Positions 38,928 through 48,666 of a DNA stretch of 56,220 nt are shown here, piece by piece. Each line of letters opens with the position of its first letter. Positions within the stretch are counted from its first letter, which is position 1. The stretch spans positions 1 to 56,220 of the forward strand of contig JBGCDR010000152.1 of NCBI GenBank assembly GCA_045105515.1. The letters run 5' to 3'. The position numbers and the translations under genes were made by a program. Below the pieces are notes generated by a model. That model was given only the letters and a program-made list of their open reading frames with translations, did no database searches and had not been told where the DNA came from. This DNA is from Oligoflexales bacterium. Its GTDB lineage: Bacteria > Bdellovibrionota_B > Oligoflexia > Oligoflexales > Bog-1112.

Positions 38928-39194
38928 TTAAATACGCTTCCTGATTTTTCTTTCCATTTTTCGCACAAAGCCTGACAGCACATCCTTCCGGCTGCCCAAG
39001 GTAGTTACAGGAGTCTGTAAAATCCTTGCTGCTGCAGAATAATTACCGTCTCCTTCTTCAACTGCACGTGCTATGAGGGCAGCTTCAAACATCTGAACGG
39101 TTTCTTTCATCCCTTTTTTCTTGGCAACGTCGAAAGCTTCATTATCGACCACATTAAAAATCACGGAATCAGCTGTTTTTCTTACTTTATTCAT
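38928..39194 (-). CDS. Small Fis-type HTH protein
   Basis: FE..LI.RA.....GNYSAAARILQTPVTTL; GGAG RBS. Confidence 0.7.
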   Translation of the reverse strand: MNKVRKTADSVIFNVVDNEAFDVAKKKGMKETVQMFEAALIARAVEEGDGNYSAAARILQTPVTTLGSRKDVLSGFVRKMERKIRKRI

Positions 39195-39540
39195 GAATAA
39201 ACGTCTCCCAAAAAGAACATATCAAAAGATGAAAAAAGGCTCATTAAATAGTGAACTTGGATTTCTATTCAAATGGATCTGCCTTTTCAAAATATAATTG
39301 CAGTTTTCTTCCAACCAAATCTCAATAAGCCTATTTAGAGTTCTAAAGGCTTTCTCCCAGCTTATCTAAATCTAGTGGGCATACACCTTAACCCAATTCT
39401 AAAAATTTTTTAATAACAAAATGAACATTCGCACAATTTCATACAAGCATCTTAGCTGCCAGACCAAAACAAACTTGTAAATCTTGAAATACCTTTTGTG
39501 AGACACTCAGAAGACCGTGAGGATTGATCTATAAATGCCA

Positions 39541-40755
39541 TCATGCACGGGTATATGACCTTGCAAGCTGATTATTCGTCCTTCGTTTACCTAGTTCTTT
39601 TTGAATCAACCGCAACTCACGGGAAGACTCTCCAAGCACTGCAGTGTTCTCCCTGGCACGACGAATTAGAAAAGGTACTAATTTAGGCACAGGAGCAAAA
39701 GGAACATACTTACAAACATCATGTCCTTGATAAGCTAAATTGTAAGTTATATGATCGCTCATCCCCAAAAGTTGAGCTGCTACTGCTTGTCCCCTTCCAT
39801 ACCTATTTAGATTATATTTCTTCTTAAAATGACAAAATTTTTGTACTGAGTTTTCGTTATGAGTTCCAAGAAAAAGTGCACAAAACTGGGCTTTCTGGAG
39901 ACACATCTCTAATGCTTGGTTAAACTGCCGATCCGTGTCATCCTTGCTTGTACATATAGGACTTTCTATTTTTAGCTGCTTAGCTCGTTCTCGCTCTTGT
40001 TCCATATAAGCTCCTCGAACAAGCTTAACTCCAAGATAAAAATTATTCTTTTTGGCCAAGTCAAAGCAAGTACTTAAGAAATCAAGTCGCTTCTTTCGAT
40101 ACATTTGGATCGTCGTATAAACGACTGCACGTTGCCTATTAAACTGGCTCATCAATTTAATGCTAATTTTTTCAATTTCATCTTGGATCCAGGACTCTTC
40201 AGCATCTACCAAGATTGCACAGTTAAACTCTAAGGCACAGGTACAAATTCTTTCTAGCCTTCTTTTGAACCTGAGGTAATTCTGTTCCTCATAAAAGGCC
40301 AACGATTCCTGTGCTTGGACTTTCTCCAGCAATGCAGAACTCACGATCCCAGTCAGTTTAATAACGCAAAAAGGGTAAGGTAAACCTGCTTCCTTAGCAC
40401 GCTTTGTTTCAATAATTTCAATGGTTTTAAGAGTATTTTCCTCAAACTCAGAATCATCATCTGAAGCTTCTACCGCATAGTGGAGAGCAGTTGCTATTCC
40501 ATTCTCCTCCAACTTGCGAGCCTTAAGCAAGCACTCACTTAAATCCTCACCACCACAAAACTGCCCAAAAAGTGACCTTTTGATAATCCAAGAGATTGGA
40601 AGACCCCATGATAAGGACTTTTCAAGTAGAACGCCTCCAAGACGAACAAGCTTTGGGTAGCTCATCACCTTAAACAGATACCATGCTTTTCTAAGCTGAA
40701 CTGACGAAAGATTCTTAAAAGCCACATCAGTGTTCTGCAAATCGATTTTAGCCAC
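39541..40755 (-). CDS. Monofunctional proline dehydrogenase
   Basis: QFCGGE, VDAEESWIQD, GVKLVRGAYM, GTHNE, AQLLGMSD, KYVPF, LIRRA.EN. Confidence 0.9.
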   Translation of the reverse strand: MAKIDLQNTDVAFKNLSSVQLRKAWYLFKVMSYPKLVRLGGVLLEKSLSWGLPISWIIKRSLFGQFCGGEDLSECLLKARKLEENGIATALHYAVEASDDDSEFEENTLKTIEIIETKRAKEAGLPYPFCVIKLTGIVSSALLEKVQAQESLAFYEEQNYLRFKRRLERICTCALEFNCAILVDAEESWIQDEIEKISIKLMSQFNRQRAVVYTTIQMYRKKRLDFLSTCFDLAKKNNFYLGVKLVRGAYMEQERERAKQLKIESPICTSKDDTDRQFNQALEMCLQKAQFCALFLGTHNENSVQKFCHFKKKYNLNRYGRGQAVAAQLLGMSDHITYNLAYQGHDVCKYVPFAPVPKLVPFLIRRARENTAVLGESSRELRLIQKELGKRRTNNQLARSYTRA

Positions 40756-40868
40756 GATTCCACCAAAAATATTTTAAACATTTGCGTTTTTAATTTTTTA
40801 GCATGGTGTGTCTAAAATTGGAATCAGATTTAATATAAAAAAGTTTTAATAACGATATTTGATCGCAG

Positions 40869-42140
40869 TTAATGAGGAGAGACAAGGTCATAAGAATCCA
40901 ATACCATTTTGCTCACGACCTCCAGAGAAGCCTGATTTCTAGCATGGACATAAGCTAATGGTTCATTTTTTGATAAGAAATCACCTACATGCTTAATTTT
41001 CGTTAGGCCAACAGCATGATCAATCTTAGCATCCACACTTGTTCTTCCTCCGCCAAGTGTTGTAACAGCTAAACCAAGTTTTCTCACATCACAAAAACCA
41101 ACTACCGCATCTTTCCCTGATAAGACCGGATGAACCAAAGGAGCATCCAACATCTTTTTAGGGTTTTCTAGATAGCTAGTGTCAGCTCCTTGCAATGACA
41201 TTAATTCGCAAAATTTCTCAAAAGCTTGGCCATTATCCAGATATCTTTCAAGCCTTTCCTTAATCTCATGATAACTTTGCCCAGGAAACCCTAGTTGAAT
41301 CATCCTGCTTGCTAAATCAAGGCTAAGATTTTTGGTATCCTCTGGCCCTTTTCCTTTTAGGACTTCGCAGCATTCCAAGACCTCTAAAGCATTTCCCGCG
41401 CTTTCTCCTAGAATTGACTCCATAGAGTTCAGACAAACCTCCACCCGTAAACCACATCGAGCTGCTACTTCGCGCAAGCATAACACCAAATTTTTAGCTT
41501 CCGCCATATTTGTGAGGAAGGCTCCAGAGCCAAACTTAACATCCAAGACTAAAGCTGAAATACCTTCAGCAAGTTTTTTCGACAATATAGAGGCCGTTAT
41601 CAAAGGAATTGAGGCAACGATCGAACAAACATCACGGATTGCATATAATTTCCGATCTAAAGGTGCCAGCTCCTTTGTCTGGCACATTATAAAACCATTA
41701 TATTTATAAAGCTGCCTCTTTGCTCGGTCCATGCTCATAGTCATGCACATACCGGGGACTGACTCTAACTTATCAACAGTACCGCCTGTATGTCCAAGCC
41801 CTCGCCCGGAAACCATTGGAACTTTTAATCCTTCTAAAATACAAAGAGGATATAAGATCAAAGAGGTTTTATCTCCCACACCTCCAGTGCTATGCTTATC
41901 AACTACCTTACAGGGATCTAATCCTTCCCATGTAAAAACATGGCCAGAATTTTTTGCTAGGAGTGTAAGGTCGGTCACTTCGTCGAGGCTCATCCCTTTA
42001 AAGAAACAGCTCATTAAAAAAGCACTAACTTGGTAGTCAAAAACCTGCCCATCCAAGAAAGCTCCAAAAAAATCTTTCAATTCTTGACTCGTGAGCTTAT
42101 TTCCTTGCTGTTTCTTATAAATAACATCCTGAGGCAGCAT
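40869..42140 (-). CDS. pdp: Pyrimidine-nucleoside/thymidine phosphorylase
   Basis: DKHSTGGVGDKTS, SGRGLGHTGGT.DKLES, SILSKK, LDVKFGSGAF; GAGGAG RBS before 42140. Confidence 0.9.
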   Translation of the reverse strand: MLPQDVIYKKQQGNKLTSQELKDFFGAFLDGQVFDYQVSAFLMSCFFKGMSLDEVTDLTLLAKNSGHVFTWEGLDPCKVVDKHSTGGVGDKTSLILYPLCILEGLKVPMVSGRGLGHTGGTVDKLESVPGMCMTMSMDRAKRQLYKYNGFIMCQTKELAPLDRKLYAIRDVCSIVASIPLITASILSKKLAEGISALVLDVKFGSGAFLTNMAEAKNLVLCLREVAARCGLRVEVCLNSMESILGESAGNALEVLECCEVLKGKGPEDTKNLSLDLASRMIQLGFPGQSYHEIKERLERYLDNGQAFEKFCELMSLQGADTSYLENPKKMLDAPLVHPVLSGKDAVVGFCDVRKLGLAVTTLGGGRTSVDAKIDHAVGLTKIKHVGDFLSKNEPLAYVHARNQASLEVVSKMVLDSYDLVSPH

Positions 42141-42233
42141 AACTTCTCCTCTGTATTCAGATGAAAACAAGCGGTGGCCACCGCCTGCACCATAAAGAAA
42201 CAGATTTCCATATACTTGGCAATGAGTTTCCAG

Positions 42234-43085
42234 CTACTGAAGGACATTTTTTAAGTATGCATTGAGACAGTTTTTTAATAGAAATGCCACTGTCATTGGT
42301 CCAACCCCGCCAGGTACAGGAGTGATAGCACCTGCAACCGACTTTACGTCATCAAAGTCTACGTCTCCCGATAAAACTTTGCCATCTCGATGGATTCCAA
42401 CATCAATGAGAATAGCACCTTCTTTAATCCAATTTTTACCTACAAGATGCTTCACACCTGCAGCTACAATGACAATGTCTGCATGCCTCGCAATACCACT
42501 AGGATCTACAGAAGCCTTTGTAAGCACAGTTACCGTGGCACCTTCTTGAATTAGCATGGTAGATAAAGGAGCTCCAACTAGTAAGCTGTAACCCACCAAG
42601 ACTACTCTTTTCCCTCTAAGAGAATCATAATCTTTTAAAAGCTCCATGATTCCCAAGGGAGTGCAAGGATAAAGCCCTGGTAATTTAGTTAATATCGCAC
42701 CTTGATTAAAGCTAGTTAGCCCATCGACATCTTTGCTAGGATGAATCATCTCTAAGCTTTGACTGCGGCCAAGGTGTTTGGGAATGGGAAGTTGAAGCAA
42801 GATTCCATCGACTCCAGAGTCTTTGTTGAGATTATCAATGAATAGGTTTAACTCAGATTGAGTAATTGAATCAGGTTTTTGGTGGACCTGACTATTCATT
42901 CCAACTTCCTGACAAGCTTTTTTTTTTTGATTTACGTATACCTTACTAGCTGGATCATCTCCAATTAATATCACAGATAAGCAAGGGGGCCTTTTGCCTT
43001 TACCAATCTCTGCCTGTACGACTTCCTTTATGCCTACCCGAATTGCCTGTGCTAACTGAATTCCATCAAGTATTTTTGCTACCAT
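42234..43085 (-). CDS. folD: Methylenetetrahydrofolate dehydrogenase/cyclohydrolase
   Basis: YV..KKKAC, GILLQLP, KDVDG, PCTP.G, DVGI, TPVPGGVGPMT. Confidence 0.95.
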   Translation of the reverse strand: MVAKILDGIQLAQAIRVGIKEVVQAEIGKGKRPPCLSVILIGDDPASKVYVNQKKKACQEVGMNSQVHQKPDSITQSELNLFIDNLNKDSGVDGILLQLPIPKHLGRSQSLEMIHPSKDVDGLTSFNQGAILTKLPGLYPCTPLGIMELLKDYDSLRGKRVVLVGYSLLVGAPLSTMLIQEGATVTVLTKASVDPSGIARHADIVIVAAGVKHLVGKNWIKEGAILIDVGIHRDGKVLSGDVDFDDVKSVAGAITPVPGGVGPMTVAFLLKNCLNAYLKNVLQ

Positions 43086-43241
43086 AAATATCAAACCTGC
43101 TGCAAATATTAAACACCGCTATTTTATCATTTATAAGTTCTATAGCCAATTAATAAGGGTTCAGTTATCGCTTGCCTTTGAATTTAAGCTACCAAAATCT
43201 TGAAACTATATCGCAGTAATCTAGCTTACCTAAAGTAGCAT

Positions 43242-43268
43242 TCAAAATAATGTTCTTTTTTCCGATAA
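43242..43268 (+). promoter_or_regulatory. Putative sigma-28 promoter
   Basis: TCAA-N15-TCCGATAA ~35 nt upstream of 43303; overlaps the palindrome CCGATA-AGG-TATCGG. Confidence 0.5.
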
Positions 43269-43302
43269 GGTATCGGTAAGAAACACATCAATTGGATTAC
43301 TC

Positions 43303-44166
43303 ATGTTTTATAGGAATATAACCAGTCTGATTTTTTTGCTTATAATAACCCATCGATCCATATTTGCAAAAAATCTACCTTCTCTATCAGATTTAAATAT
43401 TCCTTTAAGAAAAGCAGGTTCAATCACAGGAACGAAACTAATTGAAAGACTTCTGTGTGAGCCTATTTCCAAAAGAGAGAACTTGATTATGCAACAACTC
43501 AAAATTGGAAATATCCCGGATTTTTTGAGAGATTTAAAGCCCATTCATCTAAATTATCAACTCAACCAGCAAGGTAAACATAAAAAATTACTAATAACTA
43601 TATTTGTAATGCCTGATTATTTAGCTGTCGGATCAGATGAAGACTTTGTTAGAGTTCCATTGAATTTACCTAGTGCTATTGAACTTACAAGACTATGGAA
43701 TTTTATTCTTCCGACCACAAAAATTGTTGATTTAATATACGCACATGCAGATTGTAAAATTCCTCCCCATCCTTTATCACCCGGTCCAGAAATGACATCA
43801 CCGGGATATATGCAGGATCATAATTACAAAGTTGATCAAGATACTCCTAACTCTGCAACAAAAAAATCGTTAAAAGCAGGCCACAAAAAAGATATAGTTA
43901 TTTCAAATCGTCTCCTGGAGAAAAAAAATAGAATTGCTATCTATGGGTGGCACAAACTTTCCGGAAAACCCATTCAACCATTAAGTATTGTACATAAATC
44001 CGATTATGCTGATTATAGTCACGGAGTACGCCTGGTATATAACAAAGTTTGGTTAAAGAACAAATGGATTCCTATCGACCAAATCTTAAAGAGTAAGAAG
44101 CTCTCTTATACAATTAGTCACGAAGGTCCCGTTTCTGTAAATCAATCTCTTTCAAACTGCGACTAA
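43303..44166 (+). CDS. Exported hypothetical protein with enzyme-like motifs
   Basis: Signal-like N-terminus; GNIPDFLR, PDYLAVG, AGHKKD, IYGWH, PIQP, YADYSHG. Confidence 0.7.
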   Translation: MFYRNITSLIFLLIITHRSIFAKNLPSLSDLNIPLRKAGSITGTKLIERLLCEPISKRENLIMQQLKIGNIPDFLRDLKPIHLNYQLNQQGKHKKLLITIFVMPDYLAVGSDEDFVRVPLNLPSAIELTRLWNFILPTTKIVDLIYAHADCKIPPHPLSPGPEMTSPGYMQDHNYKVDQDTPNSATKKSLKAGHKKDIVISNRLLEKKNRIAIYGWHKLSGKPIQPLSIVHKSDYADYSHGVRLVYNKVWLKNKWIPIDQILKSKKLSYTISHEGPVSVNQSLSNCD

Positions 44167-44352
44167 AGGAACTATGTCATATTGTCGTAGTTGTCATCCA
44201 TTCAATTTTTACCGTAAAATTTTTTGTTACTGTTTTTAATTTTAGGGCCAAAAAAAGCTATTATTTACTAAAAAATAAAGTTAAATTAAACGCAATGGGG
44301 TCTTGAAAACTGAAAAAAGTGTGTTAGTGCCTTCCAAAGGGAGTGAATAATT

Positions 44353-44805
44353 ATGAATGAGGCTATTACGCCTGAGACTTATAAAAAAAGTCCGAATTTA
44401 GACCAAATAGAATTCTCAGAAATTTCAGCAGAAGAACTAGTTTTTTTTGAGCAAATTCTTATTAAAAAACAAACTGAGGTCATAGCGGAAGTCAATCAAC
44501 TAATAGCATCTGGAAATATCCAAGCTGATCTTAATGAAATGAAAGATGATGCTGATTACGCTAATTATTCTCTTAGTCAAAATCTCACGTTTAAAATGAT
44601 AGATCGCCTAAGAAAATTAAACCTTGAAATTACTCATGCGCTCAAAAAAATACCAGCCGGTGACTTCGGATATTGTGAAGGAACAGGAGAACTTATTCCC
44701 CGTAAAAGACTGCTAATTAATCCATGGGTAAAATACAGCGTTGAATATAAAAGCCAGCTAGAGAAAGCAAAGAAAAAGACAGGAAGAGGTTTTCAAGACG
44801 AGTAA
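44353..44805 (+). CDS. dksA: DksA/TraR family RNA polymerase-binding protein
   Basis: Coiled-coil tip DDADYA (DxxDxA); FGYCEGTGELIP.KRL..NP. Confidence 0.8.
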   Translation: MNEAITPETYKKSPNLDQIEFSEISAEELVFFEQILIKKQTEVIAEVNQLIASGNIQADLNEMKDDADYANYSLSQNLTFKMIDRLRKLNLEITHALKKIPAGDFGYCEGTGELIPRKRLLINPWVKYSVEYKSQLEKAKKKTGRGFQDE

Positions 44806-44825
44806 TCAATGGCTTCCTATTGATT
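44804..44825. terminator. Hairpin between convergent genes
   Basis: AATCAATGG-CTTC-CTATTGATT inverted repeat between dksA and the phosphatase gene; weak U-tracts. Confidence 0.35.
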
Positions 44826-44830
44826 GAAGG

Positions 44831-45661
44831 TTATTTTAGCAAAGGCCCATATCGTTCTTTCATATCTAAAAAATACTCGCTCTCAGAAATTTTCTCGATA
44901 AATTCGATATTTTCTTTACGAAACAACAGTTTATTATAGCGAGTATATTCATATTGTGCAGGATTTAAATCCCAATTGAGAAATTTCTTTTTCTCCCCTT
45001 TTATCCACTCACCACCTTGCAGATACCTAATTGCCATACTGACCATACCGGTTCTATGTTTTCCTCCAAAGCAGTGGATCAAAACAGGTTGGTTTGCCTG
45101 ATTGAGTGCAAGTTCGAGTACTCGTTTAAAGGACTCAGTATCTCCTAAATTTTTCGCGTTTAAGCTTCCCTTAAAGTACTTTTTAGCTACCGCACCTAAT
45201 TTACGTTGAGCATCTACCTTTCGATCTTGAGCGGTCTTTGACGGATCATATCCATCAAGGTAGGTATGTTCTTCAGGAGGGCCAAAACTATGATGAAAAG
45301 TATATCCATAGGTAGACTGTAAGGCATATTCTTCAATAGCAAAACTCAAAGGCCATTTATATCCATGGGAATTCATGTAAATAATTGTCTTGGGTGCAGG
45401 CAACCCTAGATCTTCTAGTTGCATCATTACTTCATCAATACCTTTACGTCCAAGCGCACCACTACGATATATCGTATAATTTTCATTATTAACAACAACA
45501 CCAAAATTGTAAAGCCACAGCTTTTTTAATTGTCCGAAACTATTAATTAAAGGCTCAGACAAAACCTCAGTGCTTGTAAAATACATTCCTGCAGAAAACA
45601 GCATATGCAACAAGAACAAACCAGGCATAACTTCTAGTAAACTTAAAGACTCTCGCACCAT
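44831..45661 (-). CDS. Protein tyrosine/dual-specificity phosphatase family protein, probably exported
   Basis: IYRSG; PVLIHCFGGKHRTG (CX5R); hydrophobic N-terminus. Confidence 0.8.
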   Translation of the reverse strand: MVRESLSLLEVMPGLFLLHMLFSAGMYFTSTEVLSEPLINSFGQLKKLWLYNFGVVVNNENYTIYRSGALGRKGIDEVMMQLEDLGLPAPKTIIYMNSHGYKWPLSFAIEEYALQSTYGYTFHHSFGPPEEHTYLDGYDPSKTAQDRKVDAQRKLGAVAKKYFKGSLNAKNLGDTESFKRVLELALNQANQPVLIHCFGGKHRTGMVSMAIRYLQGGEWIKGEKKKFLNWDLNPAQYEYTRYNKLLFRKENIEFIEKISESEYFLDMKERYGPLLK

Positions 45662-45728
45662 CTCGATACCCCGATTACAACAGCAAATAAAGGCAAATGC
45701 CTTTTGAATTGATCATCACCGTTGATGG

Positions 45729-45755
45729 GGTTCGGTCACTTTATAGGAAAGTTAA
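45729..45755 (-). promoter_or_regulatory. Putative sigma-28 promoter
   Basis: Minus strand TTAA-N15-ACCGAACC upstream of 45661. Confidence 0.35.
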
Positions 45756-45815
45756 ACAAATAATAAAAATTCTATTGTTTTCAGGATATTAAGTTTAGGA
45801 AAAGTATATTAGAGA

Positions 45816-45841
45816 ATATGGAGAGCCAAGACTCTCCATAT
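45816..45841 (-). terminator. Stem-loop downstream of the acyl-CoA dehydrogenase
   Basis: Perfect 10-bp inverted repeat ATATGGAGAG-CCAAGA-CTCTCCATAT just after the stop at 45869. Confidence 0.5.
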
Positions 45842-45868
45842 GCAGGAACTGCATTATTCCTAAAGCAC

Positions 45869-47788
45869 TTATGCATGCAAATGTTCACTTTGTTTATGAT
45901 CAAATTCTTTTAGAGTGTCATGAATCACTTCATCTTCATCAACTATTTGTGCCAGCAAGCATTTGACCTTTGGAAGACCCTGATAAACAAACCGTTCAGC
46001 CAGCCTTTTGCGATCATGATGAAAGGGAATATCACTGATTAGAGCATCCGCTAACGCCTCGTAGCACTTCATTTCGCATATGCGCTCAGCATGCAGTAAA
46101 GCTGGTCTCAAGTTATCAAATTTCAATTTTTGATTTTTTAGGGCTTTTAGCATATTAAGAAGATCAGCTTTGTTTTCAAATGAAAAATTCGGCTTCAAAT
46201 TTGCGGTTAATAACTTAACCAAAATTGAAAGAATTGCTCGACAAACCATATGCTGGATCACGTAGAATTTCTTTTGCAATGGGTTGCGTTCCCAAATCTT
46301 TTTGTAAGAGATACTCATGTAACTCTCGACAAATTCCTTAGGCTCATTAATGATGCCTTTGATCGTATCCTTGACACACATCAAAGCTTGCATTTGCGAC
46401 GTGCCCTCATAAAGCGAGTATATCAAACTCTCCCTCACCCACTTTTCTGCTGGGTATTCTGTAGTAAACCCATAGCCCCCAAGCACCTGCATTGCACGCC
46501 TTGCAAATTCTACAGATTTCTCGCCAACCCAGTATTTCAACAGCGGAGTTAAAGCTCGGCCTTTCATGCGATATTCACTGATTTCCTTATCAAGCTGCTT
46601 ACGAGTTCTCTCATCCATATCAGTGGTAGCTTTGTAGTTTTCACCTGCATACATCATAGCTCGGCTAAATGTTGCTTGATACCCAAGGCTACGGGTTGCT
46701 TTCAACTCTACTTCAAGATCAAGAAGCTTTTCTGCTACTAATTCGTGTTGGGCAATAGGCTTTCCCCAGGTTTCACGCTCACTAGCGTACTCCTTAGCCA
46801 TGCGCCAACAGGCTTCCATCAAACCAACCCCTTGAAAACCGACTCCAAGCCTAGAATCGTTCATCAGGTCCAGCATATACCTATATCCCTGCCCATGCTC
46901 ACCGATTAGCCATGCTTTTGAACCATCATATGCCAACTCGCAGGTAGCGGATCCATGTAAGGCCACCTTTTCCTCGATTTTTGTGATAACAATATTATCT
47001 TTGCCTTCCAGCTTACGCGGACAAAGGAATAAACTGAGGTGCTCTAGCCCAACAGCACCTTTTTTATTTTTAGCAAGGACTAAACTTAATTCGCCGTTCC
47101 CATTAGAAATAAACCTCTTACTACCATAAATCCGATAGCTGCCGTCCTCATCTGACTCTGCATAAGTTCTCAATGCTGCTAGGTCAGACCCAGCATCTGG
47201 CTCGGTAAGAGCCATATTGCCGGAAAGCTCTCCTGACGCTATACGAGGAATATATTTATCCTTTATTTCTTGGCTTCCATACTGCTCAAGAATATGAGCT
47301 ACAGTTCCGTACCATGAAGAATTTAAGAGGGTGGATGGACAAGCTCTATTAAGAACTTCACAGCCAATCATATCAAAAATCAAGGTGCCACCCATTCCTC
47401 CATATTTTGCCTTGATTGAAAGGGCGGGAGCCCCAAATTCTTTCAATACTGCAAGATTTTCTTGCATCGCTTCAGGTAATATGACTTCTCCATTTTCAAG
47501 TTTTACCTTGGCCTCTTCAAGTCCTTTTGCCTTAGGAGCTATGCTATTTCCACAAATCTCACCAAATGTTTCTAAAACCTCTTGCCATACTTTTTTATAT
47601 GCTTCGCTATTCTCAGCATTAACGCATTCTTTTTCAGAATCAGGAAGCCAGTTGAAAAGCTTTTCAAAATCTAGTCTATCTGTCACATGAAATACTAGAT
47701 CATCATTGTCGAGGTAGTAGTTTTTATTTTTCAAGATTTGCTCCTTAGTCGGCAAATGGGCGCCTTGGTTTAACGCCAGTGAATTCAT
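45869..47788 (-). CDS. Acyl-CoA dehydrogenase
   Basis: MALTEPDAGSDL, GSKRFIS, IEEK..LHGSATC, QVLGGYGF, YEGTSQMQ. Confidence 0.92.
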   Translation of the reverse strand: MNSLALNQGAHLPTKEQILKNKNYYLDNDDLVFHVTDRLDFEKLFNWLPDSEKECVNAENSEAYKKVWQEVLETFGEICGNSIAPKAKGLEEAKVKLENGEVILPEAMQENLAVLKEFGAPALSIKAKYGGMGGTLIFDMIGCEVLNRACPSTLLNSSWYGTVAHILEQYGSQEIKDKYIPRIASGELSGNMALTEPDAGSDLAALRTYAESDEDGSYRIYGSKRFISNGNGELSLVLAKNKKGAVGLEHLSLFLCPRKLEGKDNIVITKIEEKVALHGSATCELAYDGSKAWLIGEHGQGYRYMLDLMNDSRLGVGFQGVGLMEACWRMAKEYASERETWGKPIAQHELVAEKLLDLEVELKATRSLGYQATFSRAMMYAGENYKATTDMDERTRKQLDKEISEYRMKGRALTPLLKYWVGEKSVEFARRAMQVLGGYGFTTEYPAEKWVRESLIYSLYEGTSQMQALMCVKDTIKGIINEPKEFVESYMSISYKKIWERNPLQKKFYVIQHMVCRAILSILVKLLTANLKPNFSFENKADLLNMLKALKNQKLKFDNLRPALLHAERICEMKCYEALADALISDIPFHHDRKRLAERFVYQGLPKVKCLLAQIVDEDEVIHDTLKEFDHKQSEHLHA

Positions 47789-47939
47789 TGAAACTAGTTC
47801 GTTAAATTGTATGAGACCAATGCAATGGAGGACAGTTATTTTTTAAAGTGTGCAGAAGACTTTTCTATGAACTTAATCTTAAATGCGGCTTTTTAAACAA
47901 AGTTTTGAAGTATGAGGAGGGAATTCTCCTATCGAGTCA

Positions 47940-48428
47940 CTATGAACCTTGTTGACTTATCCAGTCCTTGTAAGACTCAGAACATTTTTCCAAATTTTGC
48001 TCCCACTTCGGATGTGAAGTGACAAACTCGTAAATCTGCTCTTTGTGCTTTGCACAGGATTCTACGCCTATTTCATTCAAAGTAAAGGCAAAGCGATAGG
48101 ACCATTTACTATAGATATCTTCAGGATCATCTAAGTAAGTCTTCATGATATCAATGACTTCGTCTCCAAAACTCTCAACAAGCTTTGTATAAACCCTTTG
48201 ATTTAAAGAGCTAAAGGGGGCGTAACCTCTAATTCTGGCAATATTTCGCTTACGAGCAAAATCCTTTTTAGAGTCCTGAACTCGCTCATAAACCCATTCA
48301 CCATCGGTCACTTTGCCTTCAGCAATAACATCTTCTGCAATTTTTCTTAGCTCTGACTTAGGTAGCTTATGTTCAGGATCTAGGTCATTAATCGCTTCAA
48401 ATACAGCAGCCTGTAATTCCATATCCAT
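47940..48428 (-). CDS. Hypothetical protein
   Basis: 162-aa ORF with GGAG upstream; no motif recognised. Confidence 0.55.
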   Translation of the reverse strand: MDMELQAAVFEAINDLDPEHKLPKSELRKIAEDVIAEGKVTDGEWVYERVQDSKKDFARKRNIARIRGYAPFSSLNQRVYTKLVESFGDEVIDIMKTYLDDPEDIYSKWSYRFAFTLNEIGVESCAKHKEQIYEFVTSHPKWEQNLEKCSESYKDWISQQGS

Positions 48429-48666
48429 TTTTTTTCTACGCGCTCCAAATAATCGAACTTATTCTATTTTTTACTTGATTAATATAGCCGCACCCAAAGT
48501 TTAGGAATATTTTCACTTACGTCAAGAAAATAGTCTAAAAAGGCTACTCACTGACTCATTTGGTATATCTCTTTTACTACGTTTTTACAATTACTTGTGT
48601 CTCAATCAAGATCACTTTAGGGTGTGTTCTAATATTCTAAGGTGCCTAATAATGCATCATGGCTGT

